DNA of 64,000 nt. Source: Octopus vulgaris. Its lineage: Eukaryota. Shown here piece by piece: positions 26,978-41,082 of this stretch. The notes under the pieces are model-generated. The model worked only from the letters and a program-made list of their open reading frames with translations, did not search any database and was not told the origin of the DNA. The position numbers and the translations under genes were made by a program. The stretch lies in NCBI GenBank assembly GCA_951406725.2, contig OX597815.1, positions 39,990,001-40,054,000 on the forward strand, read 5' to 3'. The number at the start of each line of letters is the position of its first letter. Position 1 is the first letter of the stretch.

Positions 26978-27274
26978 TCTTTATATATAAAAGTGAAGTT
27001 GTGTGTCTGTCTCCTACGATTTAGATTCCTAACTACTCCCACATTTTGCGGTGCAGTTTAACCAAAAGCGGGTATCTTATAGTCGTGATTCATATCGAGC
27101 CCTTCTGGGTATTAGCGCGCGTCTACGATGAGTCTACGATTTAAAAAAAAAATTACCATCATTTTTTCCCATTTTTAATGCATTTTTTGCTATTATATAA
27201 GGGAAGTAACTCTCTAAAATGCTTATATAGTTATTTCCCTTACAAACCCGGGCAACGCCGGGCGATACTGCTAG
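26978..27274 (+). mobile_element. Non-autonomous Helitron
   Basis: 5' TC, subterminal GC hairpin cccgggcaacgccggg, 3' CTAG, inserted between A and T with no TSD. Confidence 0.9.
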
Positions 27275-27652
27275 TCTATTATAAACTACAGAATGATTAT
27301 AACTCGATTGTCTGTATTATAGATTTACTGGATCTGGATTAAGCTGAGTTGACCTATGGTTAAACGAGAGATATGTGGATAGGGATAGATTTCTAGAGAT
27401 TTAGAACTGGAGACATGAAATTATGGGTGAAATGGCGTAACGTTATGAACTGAGATACGGACGGAAATTATGTTTAAATTAGATAAAATACAAATACGGC
27501 ATTTGTGAAATCAAAGACATCGGAACCTTTGTACTAGCGATAAAAGAGACAGTTAAAGAACAGCATATCTGTGATCTTGTAGTTGTGGTTACAATTAAAT
27601 TGTTTTAGAACTTGATCGAAGGTACGTGTAAGAATGCGCGCGTGCGAGCGTG

Positions 27653-28280
27653 TGTAACAGTATTTCTGTTACTGATATATAAGCAGTATTCTAACATGGT
27701 TATACTTGCGTCTTGCAAACAGTTCAATATTTTGTAGCGCTAAAGAGAAAAGCTAGTCTTTCAGAAGTGGCTTTGGCTATGATACAGATATATGGTTGCC
27801 ATGGGACGTCATCAGAGACATAAGATGAAGCCAAGCTTTAATGACGCATTTGTAAGTTTCTGCTTTTCGGTTGTTCATAATTTGTGATAGCGTTGTTTCC
27901 TTGCTGTAACTGTAGCTGCTGCGTTTTCGAGCTGAAACAAAGCTGTATTCCGTCGAAGGATGCTTTGGTGACCTTTCTTCCTGGAAGGTATTCATGCCTA
28001 ATGCCAGGTGTACAGATTAAACCTCGCTCGTGTACGAAATATCAACAATGTGTATAATATAGTATAATTTGTAAAGGAGACTGCATAGTCAGAACAACAG
28101 CGACTAGGTCGTGCGAAAATAACAGAGTGTATAAGAGACATAGCATAATCCTGAGGTATCTAAATTTAATAGAATATAATCAGCGGAGGCGTTATAAACA
28201 TATTTGAAAATTAGAAGACTCATAAGTGTTTAAAGAGTCGGTGCGTCAAGCATGTTACACTCGTAATTAGTGGCAGCAGT
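27653..28280 (+). mobile_element. Possible LTR with PBS-like sequence
   Basis: TGTAACA...TGTTACA termini (about 607 bp) followed 11 nt later by TGGCAGCAG. No second LTR is seen. Confidence 0.3.
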
Positions 28281-31200
28281 TAGAGCAAAATTTATGATGT
28301 CTGTGTCGGTAACGTAGGTATGTGAAGTAGAAGGAATGGAACCAAGAAAACTCTAAAACGAGAATAAGGCAGTGTCGTGAAGATATGGATGTCCACAATT
28401 CTGTACACGAGGGGAACAGGCGTTTGGGTATGGAAAAGTTCGGTGACCGATACAAAAACTACTTGAACTTAGACGAGAAATAGAGATTTTCAATCATAAT
28501 CAGTTAATATTTCAAATATCTAGAAAAGATGAAGATTCTTGTACCTTATGGAAAGAAATATATTCTGCCATATGTATGACTATATCCGTCACTCTACCGT
28601 TATTAAACTCAGCACGTACGAGTAAACTATTTGCTTATGTACCTACGTAATTGTTTGTCTATCTCACAACGTATGTGTGTAGCCATCCTTTACAATTATC
28701 AGATTATTTCGTTATCTATTCTGCTTGACCACCTATCAGTTTACCTGTTCATTTGTTGATTTTCATTTTATTTGTTTTTTTGTTCCTTTTTCCTATCGAT
28801 CCTTATGATTTTTCTGTCAGCCTTGGTTTTTCATCTATTTATCGTTCATTTTGTTTATTCTTTATTTCCGTCGTTATTATTTCGTCCCATATCCCTTTAC
28901 TTTATTCTTTGTTACAAGCAAATTGTTTTGTTAATTGCTCTACATTCTTTCATTTCCTGTTTGAATAATAGATTTCCATAGCAAATTTAACATGGAAAAA
29001 CTATTTAAGAATAAGAAAATTCAAATAAAATTGAAAATAAGTACAGAATATATAATAATATTTTATCCTACCTGACTGTCCCTCTTCTTTTTTATTACTT
29101 CTTTCTATTCTATATTTGTATTTTCTAATTTTAAAATTACAATTATATTAGAACTATACTTTTCATTGATATATTATTTAAATACAAAAATACAAATGTG
29201 TAGGAGCATGTAAAAAATTGGTAATGATCATGATTTATTGAAGTGCATTAATGAACGTCTTACAACCGGTCGCCACTCGCGAGCATGAAAGGTTCAGTAA
29301 CATGTACCATGCTTTCGCGAGCAGATACTCTCTAGGCCCTTTCATCCTTCACTCAGTGATACATCCAGGATGTGGTAGCTGGAGTTGGATAGAGCTGCGC
29401 CAGCATCCTTGTTGGGACTCATTTACAGCTGAATAGACTGAAGGAACATAAAATGAAATGGCTTGCTCAAGGATACACTCCCCTTCCCGGTTCAGGAACT
29501 GAAATTACGATCTTATCATAACCATGTGCCGGATACTTTATCCCTAAACTACAGTTTAAGGTATTTTTTTCCTCTGGGGATAGAGCCAGGAGTGTGGTCT
29601 CAGCTCACCAACATCTTGCCCTTTCCTCTGTGAGAACGCCATAATTAAATTGTTATATATTATATAATGAAGGAAATAAGCTACTATATCTATCTATATT
29701 TGCATAGAAATATAATATTCATATAAATTAATGTACACATGGTTATATTGATATAATTTCAATGGCAGCAGTCGAGAAAAACCCTTATTTACAGGTGTGA
29801 AACTTAAATCCTAAGTTTACGATCAAGTCACTCGATGGTTGCTTTACTTTGATGCTCTGGATGGCCTTCGAGGTCAACTTGGTGCAATGAATAAATCTAT
29901 GTGACCACCTATAGTTGCATCAACGAGACTCTAGGAAGTCGGTTGCCAGAGCACACTGCCTGACTCACCCATAATTGTCCATATGATGGGCAATTTGGAA
30001 GAATTTCTCATCTAAGGCTTCATATGGGAAGTGACCCATGGATGGATGAACGTTGGGCATCTTTCCAAGACCATGGACAAAAGTGTGATGAAGGTCAGTG
30101 GTATCGATACTGATCGTGAATTTAGTACGCCGATGATAAAATGCAGCATGTGGAGTGTCCGAATAAATAATTTAGGTTTGGAATATCTCATAGAGAAAAA
30201 GAAAAGATGCTGGCGGGCCTGAAAATAAGTACAAGTTGGAATTGAATGATGATGTTGATGACTACGATAACTACGACAACAAGGATGATGATCATGTGCG
30301 TTGGTAGGGAAACCACTCGTGATTTCACTTCCTTATAGTGTATCTAAAACAATTCATCTGAGAAGATTATGTCCCAACGCTCGCTACACCCACAGGAATA
30401 GTTAAACTCAATAAGTTTCAGGCCGACAGACAGATGACAGATGGACAAATATTTACACACCGATGGATAGATACACAGACGGAGAGAAAAATAAACAGAT
30501 GGACAAACGTACACGGCCATACATGACAATGATGGAAACAAGCAAATAGACAGACAAACAGACAGACAGATTAACAACCAGAGAGATAGGTAGATGATAA
30601 CGCATTTTTATATATATTCAAAGATGTAGCTGTGAAGAATTAGTCCAGGTCTTTGGAGTGCAGTTGTGGTTCATAGAATATTTCAGAGTGTTAGTTATGC
30701 ACGTATAGATTATAGTTTTGGAAGATTCATATGTACATATATGTAATGACTGTTTTGAATCCTCGAAAATTATTTTCGAGTAAAGTATTCAAAAATATCT
30801 GGTTGAACTTAAATGGTATTAACATCTTCAATAGAATTATTATTTGGTTTCCAGTTTGTCACGCAAGAACAGAAAATTATTTTTGGCAGTTATCTATCAT
30901 TGACTTTTGCTTTAACAAAAAAAAAAACATAAACAAAAGACGTAGGATTATTACGTTTTGCAAAACATTTTGACAACATAGTAATTTTGCAAATTAGAGT
31001 CAATTTAAAGTTAATTCAAAATAGTGTATTGAAAATGCATAAGAATTATAGACAGATATATTTAGACATACTATGTGAAACTTGGAAGTCTGCTAACACA
31101 GCAAAAATTTTGATACTGTGTAGTAATGCACGGATTTACTTATAAATTATTTCCCTAATTTAATCAAATTTAGAAGAAAAACTGACACGTTGTTTCACTG

Positions 31201-31389
31201 ATACAAGAAGAAAATTAAAAGAGTAAAATTTCTAAACTTACTTCATATGTAAACATTAAGCTCTATATTTCCAATAGGAAAATGAGAAATTGGTTAATGC
31301 TAATCCTAAGTGCATTAACGACGTATGCAAAGAGAAATTGTTCTACAAAACTGTTTTAACTAGAACTTTAAATTAGATGAGAAATTCTA

Positions 31390-32325
31390 TTTTTTTTACT
31401 CTCTAGTTTCAACTCAGAGCTGCGGCCATGCTGATGCACCGCCGTTTTGCTACACTGTTATTACTAAGAGCCTCCTCTAATATGTGGCACTTGGTGAAGA
31501 ATGGAGTTTGATATAGCTACCCTCATTTGCACCTCTTGTCGTGAGGTAGGTTCATCTGGGACTCTCGACAGGAAGAGGTCCAGCTTTGATTAAAAAAACC
31601 CTACATCTACTTTGTGCAAGTTCCTCACTCTCTTTAGGAGAATATTAAAAAGCTGTGGGCTCTTGAAACCCAGGCTGTTGCAGTAACTGGTCCTGAAGCG
31701 TGATGGTGTTGCTGGGATCTTTGGCACTATGTAGTGTCGTCCCGTTCTGGCATTCGTGAAGCTTTCAATGCGAAAATTTTGCACAATTCCTTTCAGGATA
31801 TTCCAGATATATATTACTGCATACCTCTCCCGTCTTCTCTCCAGGGAGTAGAGTCTTAGCAGTTTCAACCTTTCCCAGTAGCTGAGCTGTTGCAAAGAGA
31901 CGATCTTCTTTGTAAATTTTCTCTGGGTTGCTTCAAGGTCCGCTGTTATTTTCACACTGGTGGGTGACCATAGCTGTGAGCAGTAATCCAGGCGGCCGAG
32001 GACGAATGTCCGCCAGAAGATCATCATGGTTTCCTTATCTCTGGTTCTGAATGTTCTTCGGATCCATCCAGCCAGTCGTCTGCACCTTTTCGCCATCCTG
32101 GTAATGTGCACTTGGAAAGAGGTATCATCACTCATGTCGATACCCAGGTCCCTCACTGACTTAGACTCTGGGATTGAAATTCCGTGGACCGGTGTACCCT
32201 GTAAGTTTCATATTCAGTTTTGGATGCTGGTAGCGCATGGCTTGAAATTTTTCAGCATTAAACTGCATATTATTATCCTCAGCCCATCTGTAAACTGAGT
32301 CCAACTCCTGCTGCAGATTTTCAGA
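31390..32325 (-). mobile_element. 5'-truncated CR1-clade LINE (RT C-terminus, 3' UTR, A-rich tail)
   Basis: LQQELDSVYRWAEDNNMQFNAEKF, RDLGIDM, LDYCSQLWSP, LSYWERLKLLRLYSLERRRER. Confidence 0.93.
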
Positions 32326-32895
32326 AATTCTATTCATCAAATATGCCAAATAATCTATGTATAATTTTTTTATTACCACATCGTAATTTTTAACTTGCTA
32401 GCATATTTTAAATCTAGCTTTATAAAAGTGTAGTGCTCAAATCTTTTCAAAGAGTTTACACTCTTAATTGAAAGTAATTGGCTTCAACGATGACTCTAAA
32501 GTAACAATGACGCACCAAACCATTTACAGTAAAACTTTTTTTGTCTACTGTCTTAACAATTTCCAGTAACTTCACTATTATATACTGATATTTATTTATT
32601 TTCATTAAGTAAAAGTCTATAGCATTTAGAAGAGAATACATCTGACAAATTGCACCCGTTAGTATGATTTTTATTTCTATTTTGGGACATAATAATTTTT
32701 GACTTGGCAAAAGTAAATAGAGGCAAATGCATTAGATAGAGATAAATTAATAAATGAAGACTACGGATTAGATTTCAGTTTTTTCTTTTTTTTTTTTTTT
32801 TGCTCAAATACTCTGCTTTAATGCATGAATGACCGCAGTAGCTTGACTGTCTGGTCAAGAAGCCCGCTTTGCAACTACGTGGTTTTTTGGTTCAG

Positions 32896-33085
32896 TGTGC
32901 GTGCGTGCGTGTGCGTGCGTGTGCGTGCGTGCGTGTGCGTGCGTGCGTGTGCGTGCGTGCGTGTGCGTGCGTGCGTGTGCGTGCGTGCGTGCGTGTGCGT
33001 GCGTGCGTGCGTGTGCGTGCGTGCGTGCGTGTGCGTGCGTGCGTGCGTGCGTGTGCGTGCGTGCGTGCGTGTGCGTGCGTGCGTG
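32896..33085. repeat. (GTGC)n microsatellite expanded inside a decayed SINE
   Basis: Direct inspection. The flanks resemble the head and body of the 26372 SINE. Confidence 0.9.
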
Positions 33086-34822
33086 TATCCCCCTACGCCA
33101 CTTCACAACTGGTGTTGCTTTGTTTACGTAAAACTGGTGATCTATTTGAAAAAGTGGATTTTATAAACGAAAAGTAAAAAAAAAACTAAACAAATGTTGT
33201 ATCATATTTGATGGTGGAAGAGATTATCAGGAGTAAAGGAGTCATGGTAAGATAGAGAAAGGTGAACTTCAGCTAAAGCATTATATCTATAAATAGGCAC
33301 AGGGAGAAAGAAAAAAAGTACTTGCATACAATGAAGAAACATAAGGAACGAAGAAATTAATATTGGGGGAATAGGTCGCAAATTCGTGTTCTCCTCTAAC
33401 AGACAGTTATAGCAAGGGAGATAAAAAAATGTTCATAATGTTTGGCGGGCTTAGAAATTTTAGCATGAAATTAAGGAATAAGGAAAAATTTATAGAATAC
33501 ACATATTGAATTTTTCGGTTTACTGATTACGAACTTCTTAAAATATCTAAGCGGTGGTAATCATCTATACCACTATTACACTCATTTTAGAAATCGTCAG
33601 TATGGTATAACCCAAGGTATATTAATTACACATTTTATGAGGCGAGACATTTAGGAAAATAATTATAACCTGGAAGAAATTCATGGAATGCGCGATTTTC
33701 TTTTCAGCTTTTCTTTTTCTGAATAGAACGTTAATTGTTTAGTAGTAGAGAGAAAAGAGAGAGTTCTTAATATCTGCATGCAGGATAACTGTTTCCAGGG
33801 AGCTCTGCCTTGTGAAGGTTTCTTATAATATATATAATAATCTGCTTGTTTGTTCACTCGTTAAACTTTAGTTAGTTAGATAGGTGGAGTAATAGTGAGA
33901 GAGAGTGGGGGGGAAATGTGAGAAGAGAAGAAAGAAGAGAGGAGTATAATAATACACTAAGGCCAAATACATCACGTGATTAGTTGAAGGGAGAGGCAAA
34001 GAGCGAGAGAAAAAGACGGTGAGAGAAAAGTAGGAGAGAGAAATGTTAATGACGTGATGTAGGTGGGGAAGGAAAGGTGAGGAAAAAGAGAGAAATGTTA
34101 CAGACATGGAGAAAGGAATTAAATGGTTAAAAATTTTGTTGAAGAGGTAGAGAGACGGAGAGAAATATAAAGTGATTAGTAGAAGGTAATTTTAAAATCA
34201 TAAAATATATCATTGTGACTGGAAGTGAAATAACTTAGCAAAATAAAAATAAAAATCATCCTTTCTTTCTTAAATAGCTTCTCTTAATCTTTGTCGCTTT
34301 GTCGAATTTCCATAGGTCCCACGAGGAGCCAATATTTTACTTTTAACTACAAGCAAAATTGACAAACTGTTTTCAATACATTCTTTCAAGTTTGATTATT
34401 GGATTCCAGCTGCTATTGCATAGTTGTATTCCTATATTATATAGTTGAACAGGCATAAAAGAAACAAAATTAAATTTTATTTGTAATGAATGTGGAAGAA
34501 AAATATATACAAAATTTCAAAAACAAAATAGCATTAACTAATATTATTTACTCTGCTTCCTGAATTTTGAAAAACAAATTCTATAATCAATGATTTATAA
34601 ATCAAGTATGTTAATTAAGTTATGGAAACAGGCAAAGAAGGAAGTCTACAATTCGAATAGAAATAAATGCGAAGGAAACGAATTATCAATGAATGAGTAG
34701 GCAGGTTCCTAAGGTACCGAGTCAGCATTCTTGGAGTAGAGAATATGAGGAAGAAAGGAGAGAATAGAAAGAAAATAGAATAAGATGAACACTTTTACCT
34801 TGTTCATAATTCAGTATGCATT

Positions 34823-34871
<49 letters not shown>

Positions 34872-35047
34872 ATGTATATATGTATATGTATATGTATATA
34901 TATATGAATTATTTTACGTAATGAGATAAAAAAACCAAGGGTGTATAGATATTAGAACATTTATCGATAGGTCTTAAAGCTGTTTCTAGAATATTAATTA
35001 ATAATAATATCCCTTCATCGTATGTATATATATGTATATATATATGT

Positions 35048-35095
<48 letters not shown>

Positions 35096-35199
35096 TATAT
35101 ATATATATATGTATATATATATGTATATATATGTATATGTATATATATGTATATATATATATATATGTATATATATATGTATATATATGTATATGTATA

Positions 35200-35249
<50 letters not shown>

Positions 35250-35252
<3 letters not shown>

Positions 35253-35577
35253 ATATATAAACGGCAGTTTGTCTGTGTGTGTTTCTGTGTGTCTGTTTGG
35301 TTGTACCCTCACCTGACCACGGCTTTCATTCTGATGAAACTGACACACACAGCCCAATATCATAATTCAAAACTAACGCAGCGAAAATAAAAGTAGTAAA
35401 AAATCGATAAATTCGATGGGGTCGAGAATCAGAAACAAACCACAGACCGTCTAGGGACGCAACTCCACCTTTAATAAAAAATTTCTTAGTTTTTCCCATT
35501 TTTTGCTATTTTTGGCTATAACTCTCTAAAAATGCTTTATAGTTATTTCCCTACAACCTAACGGGCGATACTGCTAG
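35250..35577 (+). mobile_element. Non-autonomous Helitron inserted in (TA)n
   Basis: 5' TC and 3' ..gggcgatactgCTAG. The last ~90 bp are shared with 26978-27274, but the 5' part differs. Confidence 0.85.
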
Positions 35578-35617
<40 letters not shown>

Positions 35618-35702
35618 GAGCACAAAACTCTCGACATTTGTGTCGCTTTTGCAATTTTCCAGCCGATTGTAGATATACATGCGCGCGCGCACATACACAC
35701 AC

Positions 35703-35741
<39 letters not shown>

Positions 35742-35753
35742 CATACATACATC

Positions 35754-35785
<32 letters not shown>

Positions 35786-36023
35786 AGCAGGAGATTCGAA
35801 ATTTTTGGGCATTATTTGTTCATCATTACACATGTCCCATTTATTAACAGGAATACTAAAATGGTACATATAGTAGAAAATATGTAAAATATCTCCCAAT
35901 AGAAATTCTTCAGTCAAAGGATTAAACAATACAAAATTTACACTCGGACGAAGCGTTTATATACTGTTAGTATTCAGGAGTACTTTAGATAGACAGGGAG
36001 GAGAAAAACATATCTAGCAATAA

Positions 36024-36069
<46 letters not shown>

Positions 36070-36159
36070 TGAAACAATAAGTGTACACATATACACAATT
36101 GTGCATATGCACACACAGACATGTCTACATGCATATATATATATATTCATATACACACG

Positions 36160-36209
<50 letters not shown>

Positions 36210-36211
<2 letters not shown>

Positions 36212-36950
36212 TTCACTTGTGCTTCTGAGAATCTGATTTGTATTATAACTTGTGGACAAGACTATATAGGACAGACAAATATGACTCTGAGACGGAGAAC
36301 TACACTTCATAAGGATCCGGTTTCCGCAGTGCAGATAGATACCTTTGAGTGAACACATAGAGAAATGTACAGGTAATATCCAGCCAAACTTCAGTTTTCC
36401 CCATTTACACGTGAAAAGAAAAAGTTTCTGTATAAGAATGTTAAAATAAAGAAAATTTAGTTTTCGAAAAATGCAGAACAAGCCTAAATATGAACACATA
36501 ACCAACTTTGGTTATATATTTGGTATATATTTTATTTCATGGACACTTACCTATTACTGTACACATGTCATCTCACTACCTTAGCTTGTGAGCTATTGCT
36601 CATATATTTATTTATACCCTCCTCGAAAGATGAGCAACTACGTCTTCTGTTCCCAATAATAACGCTCACCAGTTAACCCACCTTAGATTTATCTACTGTT
36701 TTTTCATTCATTCACAAACTTTTCCACAGCTGGACTAAAATCTTCTTAAGAAAATACAAACTTACAATAATTTCAATGTCAGGATTAATAAAAGCAAAAC
36801 TGATCGACAAACACAATACTCTTTCACTTATAAAATATATTAAAACTATGTAAACTGTGGGCATTTTCCTTATTTTATTTTAAATATATTTTTTGTATTA
36901 CAACTCATCACGTAGGGATAATCGAAATTCTTCCCCTCCATTTTTCTTAC
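36210..36950 (+). mobile_element. Second, more truncated copy of the PLE at 2880-4420 (GIY-YIG plus 3' region)
   Basis: FTCASENLICIITCGQDYIGQTNMTLRRRTTLHK, with nucleotide colinearity to 3668-4420. Begins at (TA)n. Confidence 0.9.
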
Positions 36951-36988
36951 TATACATTCATAAATACATACATACATACATACATACA

Positions 36989-37019
<31 letters not shown>

Positions 37020-37329
37020 GGTATTGGTATGTAGAAGACCCAAAGAGTGTCAGGTAACGCTAAGTAAGTCCAATGGACAGGCTGTAGTTAAACTCTTGGT
37101 TCTGTAGTGATACGAGTAAAGAGTCTAATGTGGGTCTTGTATTAGCATGCATATACATATATTGGAGAAAATGAAATAACAAAACCAAGGCTGTGAGTAG
37201 TTTTCAGAACATTTATAAAGAAATAGTCGTACAGCGATTTCTGGGATAATATGGATAGCCCTTCATCAAGGACAGTGTGAGAAGGTTAAATTGAGGAAAT
37301 ATTTTAAATTTAAAAAACAGCGGGAATTA

Positions 37330-38246
37330 GCGATATGAGGGCGAGCGTTGTCGTGCAGCAGAAGAACTCCATGCTTCCGATTAGGTATTTTCTCTTGAAT
37401 AGCCGTGTTGAGTCGTTCCATCTGCTGAACCGCGTTGACCGTTTGATTCCGTTCAAGCAATTCGTAATGGATAATCCCTTCCCAGTCCCACCATACGTAT
37501 CACATCGTTTTACGTGATGAAGATCTTGTTTCATGTGTGGTGTCGCTTGTTTACCGGGGTTAAGCCATTCCATACGTTGCTTCATATTGATATACAGGCA
37601 CCACTTTTAGTCGCCAGTAACGATTCGGTAAAGAAATAGTTGCTTGTGTCCATGATTGAGCGGTGACGAGCAAGCAAACCAGCGGATATTGTGGCACGTT
37701 GATTTTTGTTGTCACTTAAAGCATGCGGAACCCATGCTCCATACTTCTGAACATTTCCCATCGAGTGAAGATGCTTCTCTATAGCAATATGGGAGCAGTC
37801 CATTTTCTCTGCCACTTCCTTTGTCATTTGACGAGAATTTTTGTGCAAAAGTTGGTTTAGTCGTGCTTCATCGAACTCCACAGGACGGCCAGAATGAGGT
37901 GCGCCTTTGAGGTCAAAATTTTCATTTTTTAACTTGGCATACAAATCACGTGCGGTTCCTTCAGCTATAGTACCCTCTCCATACACAGCACAAAAGCGAG
38001 CAGCTTTTGCTTCCTTAGAACCTTGATGAGAAGCAAAAAGAAGGAGGTGTCGAAAATGCTCGTTTTTCTTAACTTGACATTCCATTTTAATGATTTGAAA
38101 ATAAACAAAAATTAACTAAAATTAACTAAAATTATCTAGAAAATTTATTCAAAAATAGAATTCTCGAAAAAGATAGATTCCAAAATTTAAAAACGCAATA
38201 AATTCCAAAATTTAAGAAAACAGCGGGAACATAGTTGCCAACCCAA
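37330..38246 (-). mobile_element. Mariner element, frameshifted and 3'-truncated
   Basis: HTH region, WVPHAL and HDNARPH motifs. 5' TIR TTGGGTTGGCAAC preceded by TA. Confidence 0.93.
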
Positions 38247-38341
38247 TATTCATAAATAGACATATATTCATGTAGGCACATTATACACAAATACACATGC
38301 ATACACTCATATATGCAAATATATATATGTGTGTATGTGTG

Positions 38342-38387
<46 letters not shown>

Positions 38388-38984
38388 CACACACACATAC
38401 GTACAGAGATATGGATTTGTTGCAATGATGAAATAAGCAGATGTTCATCAAGAGAACACTGCTTAGATTTTAACCCGACTTACATAACATACTCACATAC
38501 ACACACATATATAATGAAAGCCTTAAGTGTATTTTGATTCGTGATTTTCCCAAATGATAGGTAAGAGCAATAAGAAAAGATAATGGCATCTCATCCACTG
38601 ATGAGTTTAATGATGCGATGTGTCTTTTCGTTTTACAGCAAAACAGTGTGCATAAAGTTAATTTTATATTTACCTAAATACAGGGTTGCGTGACATTACT
38701 ATGAAATAGAATAATTTATTGTTTTCAACAATGACAGAATATAGTATTTTTTTAAATTTAGTTTCCATTCCATTATGACTAACTTTTTTTGTTTTGTCTT
38801 AAGTTTTTCTTTTTGTGATTGTGGTGATATTAAATTGCTATCGTCAGCTGCTCTCAGATTTTAATATCATAGGAGACCTTAATATAATAAGTTACCCATC
38901 TTTTATGTGGGTAAACTGTTCTGACATGTGGAGATTTAAAAATAAATATGTGCTTCTATTTTCAAGAAGATTATTGAGAGTAGA

Positions 38985-39024
38985 TTTGCGGAAGAGATCT
39001 AATTAGACCGAAACACGTCCACAG
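38985..39024 (+). ncRNA. Degenerate hammerhead motif
   Basis: tg-CGGAAGA-gatcta at tagacc-GAAA-cac-GTC-ca. Confidence 0.4.
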
Positions 39025-39237
39025 ACCTCACCGTATTTACTAACGATCCGGACTCACTCCCCTCTATATGCAACTATTCTATTTTTAATTGGTTTGGATT
39101 TGGGATTTGTCTTCCTTGACAAGAATTTATCATTAAAGTTAATATTTTCTTATCATTAGGTATGTAATTTAAATTAATTATATGTGTATGCATATATGCG
39201 TGTGTGCGTGCGTGCGTACATATAATATATATGTGTA

Positions 39238-39392
39238 TTGTGGCTGTTTGGTAAGAAGCTTGCTTTCTAATCCCATAGTGTCGGGTTCAGTTCTACTGAG
39301 TGGCACATTCGGCAAGTGTTTTCTTCTATAGCCTCGGGCCGACCAAAACCTTGTGAGTGGATTCGGTAGATGGAAACTGAAGAAACTGTCGT
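39238..39392 (+). mobile_element. 5' half of the SINE family of 26372
   Basis: gtggctgtttggtaagaagc...gggttcagttc...ggaaactgaag. Confidence 0.85.
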
Positions 39393-40077
39393 GTGTGTAG
39401 TAGTAGTAGAGATATAATATACAGATAAACATGTAAGATTTAATCAAAGCTGGAGTTTAAATTGAGTTGCTCGAATATTCTCTTTGGAATTTCAGTATGG
39501 CATGTCACTGAATAACCTAGAATTTGCACATGGTTTCAAAATATTTGAAAAGTAATGTTTTGATATCATAGTTATGTTATATGTTGTGCTTTCGACCAGG
39601 AGTGCAACAAGAGGGAATGAGAGAGCAGTCACTCCGAGCATAAGTATATGAAGGGACGCAACATTTTTTCTAGCTTTTCATGCATGTTAATTAAATTGGG
39701 TATTTCCAAAAGTAGGTTTTCGCCAGGAGCGTCCACAATCCATCCTCCGCCACTACACTCACTTGTGTAGACTAAGCGCTAGCTTTTTATTGATTGAAAA
39801 TTATGTAAATGTTTACATTTCAAACAAAGTGTGCAGTTATACAGCATGCGTATAGAAAGGAAGGGAAATTGAACCGTGTGTCTTCATTGACGTTTTGATG
39901 TAATGGTTTCGAGACTACGTCACACCAACAGAATATACATCCCATGTCACCATTCGACATCTGTCGTTGTTTTATATAGTCCCAGTTGCGTACTGGAGTT
40001 GATCTAATCGACTGGCCCTTCCCCTAAAATTTCGCGCTTTGTACCAAGAGTAGAAAAGAATATAGTCTCATATATAA

Positions 40078-40582
40078 AGCGGCGAGCTGGCAGAAACGTT
40101 AGCACACCGGGCGAAATGCTTAGCGGTATTTCGTCTGCCGTTACGTTCTGAGTTCAAATTCCGCCGAGGTCGACTTTGCCTTTCATCCTTTCGGGGTCGA
40201 TAAATTAAGTACCAGCTACACACTGGGGTCGATGTAATCGACTTAATACCTATGTCTGTCCTTGTTTGTCCCCTCTGTGTTTAGCCCCTTGTGGGTAATA
40301 AAGAAATAGGTATTTCGTCTGCCGTTATGTTCTGAGTTCAAATTCCGCCGAGGTCGACTTTGCCTTTCATCTTTTCGGGGTCGATTAAATAAATACCAGT
40401 TACGCACTGAGGTCGATATAATCGACTTAATCCGTTTGTCTGTCTGCTCTGTGTTTAGCTCCTTGCAGGTAGTAAAGAAATAGGTATTTCGCCTGTCTTT
40501 ACGTACTGAGTTCAAGTTCCGCCGAGGTCATTGGCCCCTTCTCCAAACATTTCGGGCCTTGTGCCTAGAATAGAAAAGAATA
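40078..40582 (+). mobile_element. Multimeric SINE with Nin-domain-like body (2 full units plus a partial unit)
   Basis: Units start at 40125, 40309 and 40483. Body gcctttcatcctttcggggtcgataaattaagtaccag. Flanking duplication tatagtctcatata. Confidence 0.92.
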
Positions 40583-40868
40583 TAGTCTCATATAGTTCTT
40601 AGATCTTTATTATCTTATAAATTGTATTATTTATATGCTTTATTAAAATTTATACGCTTTATTAAAACGCAAAGTAAATTATAAAAACGTTTCTACTTTA
40701 TTTAAAATGTAATCATGAGTTCAGTCCTAGTTAAACTAACCGTAAATTTAATTAAAAATTCTTAATTTATATTTAAAATGACTGGATGGCTGCTTTCATT
40801 TGATAATATATTAGATTCAGTTAGCATATGATATTTATATAAATATACACACATACATACATAGATTA

Positions 40869-40914
<46 letters not shown>

Positions 40915-40924
40915 TTTGATACTT

Positions 40925-40974
<50 letters not shown>

Positions 40975-41082
40975 CTCCTGCACAAAATAATTTGATCACA
41001 TAGACTATTGACTAACTTGGTCCTATCTAAACAGCCTGTTAATTATGTTTTCAAAACTCTTGCAATATTTTTTACTCTTTAA

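Noticed and set aside
38415-38470. Hairpin taagcag/ctgctta preceded by ATGATGA
   Set aside because: No GAAA or stems I/III, so it is too decayed to call a ribozyme.
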